Source: Eledone cirrhosa
Taxonomy: Eukaryota
DNA length: 64,000 bases
NCBI GenBank assembly: GCA_964016885.1
Contig: OZ024742.1
Location: forward strand, 133,982,001 to 134,046,000
Reading direction: 5' to 3'
The notes under the pieces were generated by a model, which was not told the origin of the DNA, ran no database searches, and saw only the letters and a list, made by a program, of their open reading frames with translations. Every line of letters begins with the position of its first letter. Positions within the stretch are counted from its first letter, which is position 1. The translations under genes and the position numbers were made by a program. Of the stretch, positions 60,868 through 64,000 are shown in pieces.

Positions 60868-63567
60868 TCGAAATATAATACGTGAATGTAATAGGTAAAA
60901 TCCATGGGGCTGAAAATCGAGACCCGAGGGCGACCGCTATTCTGTTCCTTCAACCTCAGCCGGTCGCCCTGGAGTGACGTGGCTAAATGTTATAGTATGC
61001 TACTACCGGTCAGATGAACGAAAACAGAAAGAGATGGGAGCATAGGTTAACGTCGATCCCATGACACAAGGTAAAAGAAAGAAAGAAAGGAAGGAGAAGA
61101 AGGGGGAAGAAAGAAGAAGAGAAGTCAGGGTTAATGTCAGCTAAAAGAGGAAGGTAACTACTACTGGTCAGATATAGGCAAGCAAGAGGGGGAAGGAATA
61201 TAAGTCTGCAGGGAGGAGGAGAGGAGAGAAGGAAGGGAAGAGATAAGTAGAAAAGTAAGGGTTGATGGCTACAAGAAGGAAGATAGAAAGGAAGAGGAAG
61301 AAAGGTCGATATTAATGTCAGACCACAGTCAAGCCAGGAGTGACGCGAGAAAATGTTCACAGGGACCCGCATCTTAGCGGAGATGGATATATTGGGAGTC
61401 AGTGTCTTACAGTGTTTAGACTTCTAGGATGAAGTTAAAAAAATTTAATAATCAATATTCAATATTAAAGAGGTTAGAAAATTTAAACTTCAACAGTTTA
61501 ACAATTAATTATATAATAGTTCCGATTTGTTCTGTAATTTAAAGGTACTATTTGGCGGTTAAAACAACGGCCGCGCCCCGGGCCCCAAGGCGAACTAAGC
61601 CACGCCGAGTATTTTCATTTACTGAAAGAAGGGGAAATTTATTTTTCCAAGCACTCTAGGTGAGCTCGTTCGCCACGGAGCTGGTCGCGTCGCCATTAAA
61701 ACCCACCCAACAGTCCGACAGAAAGTTGGAACTTTAAAATTTAGCTTAGAGAAGTAAAAGAGTAATGGTTGATAGCTACAAGAAGGAAGATAGAAAGAGA
61801 GAGGAAGGAAGGTCGATATTAATGTCACACCACAGTCGGGCCAGGAGTGGCGCGACAAAATTTTCACAGGGACTCGCATCTTAGCAGAGGTGAATATAAT
61901 GGGGGTCAGTGTGTTACAATGTTTAGACTTATAGGATGAAGTTAAAAAATTAATAAATTAATAATCAATATTCCATATTAAGGAGGTTAGAAAACTTAAA
62001 GCTCAACAGTTTCAGGTTGATATATATAATAGTTCCGATTTGTTCTGTAATTTAAAGGTACTATTTGGCGGTTAAAACACCGGCCGCGCCCCAGGCCCCA
62101 TGGCTAATTAAGCCACGCCGAGTATTTTCATTTACTGAAAGAAGGGGAATTTATTTTTCCAAGCACTCCAGGTGAGCCCGTTCGCCAGGGAGCTGGTCGC
62201 GCCGCCGCCAAAACCCACCCAACGGTCCGACAGAAAGTTGGAACTTTAGAATTTTGCTTAACTCTATCGGATGAAGTTGAAAGAATTCAGAATAACATTC
62301 AGAATAACATTCAGAATAACATTATGAAACTAAGGAGTAAGAGGATTGAGAATTGAACAAACAGAAAATTGAAGATTAGACATTCAAATAACTTCTATGA
62401 GGTTTTGGGTTGCGGGGTTTAATTAAATAGTCTTTTATGAAGAAACGTTAATTGTATTATGTAGATCTGTAATTTATCCTAGTGGGATGTAGAGTGCGGG
62501 ATATAGTCGTGTAATGTTTAATTTTTGTTCTCAGGAGGAGACATTCTAGTGTCGTGTGCTAATGGGTACAGGTCCCAATGTGAGGAGTAGAAATACATGG
62601 ATACATAGAAGTGGAATACGTGGAAGAGCACATTGGTACAGCAGAGGTATAAATATATAAACATATCAATATATACGTATAAACATGTAAATAAACCAAC
62701 AAGAGTGGTGTTGGAGTAAGATGGAGAAATCAGGACATTAATACAGCAAACAAAGATGTGAAGATATAGATAAACAAACAATAGTCGTTGTCTAGTAAAT
62801 GTAGAGTTCAAGAGACAGGAGAAATACAATATAGTTCGGGTTGCGGTATTTATGTTCCCAGGGGGAAATATTCCAGTGACGTGTGCTGAGGGTACACGCG
62901 AGTAAAAGTCCGAATAAGGGAAGTAGAAAGTACATGGATGTATAGAGGTAGAATACGTGGAGGAGCATCAATACAGCAAATAAAGATGTAAAGATATAAA
63001 TAAACAAACAAGAGTCGTTGTCTATTAAATGGAGAGTTCAAGACACAGGAGAAATATAATATAGTTCAAGTTGCAGTCAGATAATGCATATGGATGTGGA
63101 AACAGTGCGTGTTCGAGTCTGGGAGTTCAGTGTGAGTTATACATGCCCAGAAGTATAGGGTAGCCATTTAGTTAATTCAGTGCAGTACAATACATGTTAT
63201 GGTCCAGTCCGTGGAGTTTCGTCGAAGTTCGGATATTCTGTGAGGGGAGTAGCAAAGGGCCAGGCGAAAGCACCGGGTAGCCAAAGTTCGAATTGTGGTT
63301 AGATATATTCAGTCCCATGCCGCTGTTGATTATTACATTTTGAAGTGCTCAACATTTCAGGAGCGTTATTTATTCAGGTTTGAGGTTCACCACTGTATAG
63401 AGATGGTCTATTCCGTATGGTCAATCGTAATGCAATAATATAGAGAGTACTCAACGTAAAGCAGTTCAACCGTCTTTGTTTTTGTAGTTGGTGGTGCTAT
63501 TACGGAGTTAAATATTATAATGAAATGACAGGAGGCTGGATTTGTGTAAATCCTTGAAAGGTTTATT

Positions 63568-63625
63568 ATACTATGATCATTTCAATGACCGGGTTCCGTA
63601 TGAATCCGGTGATATCATCAGGTAT
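63568..63625 (-). ncRNA. Type-I hammerhead ribozyme (second copy)
   Basis: identical to 60810-60867. Confidence 0.85.
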
Positions 63626-64000
63626 TCGAAATATAATACGTGAATGTAATAGGTAAAATCCATGGGGCTGAAAATCGAGACCCGAGGGCGACCGCTATTC
63701 TGTTCCTTCAACCTCAGCCGGTCGCCCTGGAGTGACGTGGCTAAATTTTATAGTATGCTACTACCGGTCAGATGAACGAAAACAGAAAGAGATGGGAGCA
63801 TAGGTTAACGTCGATCCCATGACACAAGGTAAAAGAAAGAAAGAAAGGAAGGAGAAGAAGGGGGAAGAAAGAAGAAGAGAAGTCAGGGTTAATGTCAGCT
63901 AAAAGAGGAAGGTAACTACTACTGGTCAGATATAGGCAAGCAAGAGGGGGAAGGAATATAAGTCTGCAGGGAGGAGGAGAGGAGAGAAGGAAGGGAAGAG

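Larger units (their letters stand above)
60611..64000 (-). mobile_element. Non-coding tandem/pseudo-LTR element, period 2758 bp, with an HHR in each repeat
   Basis: 60611-61242 is repeated almost identically at 63369-64000 (continues off the window); internal ~510-bp and ~230-330-bp duplications. Confidence 0.8.

Overview
Very AT-rich, (TA)n-saturated eukaryotic intergenic/intronic DNA. The SINE family and microsatellite style suggest an octopus/cephalopod genome (inference). No intact host gene is recognisable, and nearly all ORFs in the track are microsatellite artefacts. The window consists mostly of retroelement debris: several degraded Penelope-like elements (PLE; RT and GIY-YIG fragments, one as a 5.8-kb inverted duplication), a 5'-truncated RTE-type LINE, a CR1-type LINE 3' end, a probable hATm transposase relic and about 7 tRNA-type SINE copies. 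The hidden theme is ribozymes. By eye I find about 20 minimal type-I hammerhead ribozyme (HHR) motifs (stem I-CUGANGA-stem II-GAAA-palindromic stem III-UH-stem I) belonging to roughly 10 unrelated repeat families. The most striking case is a non-coding ~504-561-bp tandem array (54227-57582, with a second locus at 43245-43953). Every complete unit carries the same HHR, an octamer plus TATA-like motif just upstream, and an internal variable (TA)n tract. Both loci share the same 3' end and have a 5' fold-back inversion. This is a candidate cephalopod retrozyme (self-cleaving, circRNA-producing non-autonomous retroelement) system sitting beside its probable Penelope helper. All ribozyme calls are from manual pairing, not tested activity.
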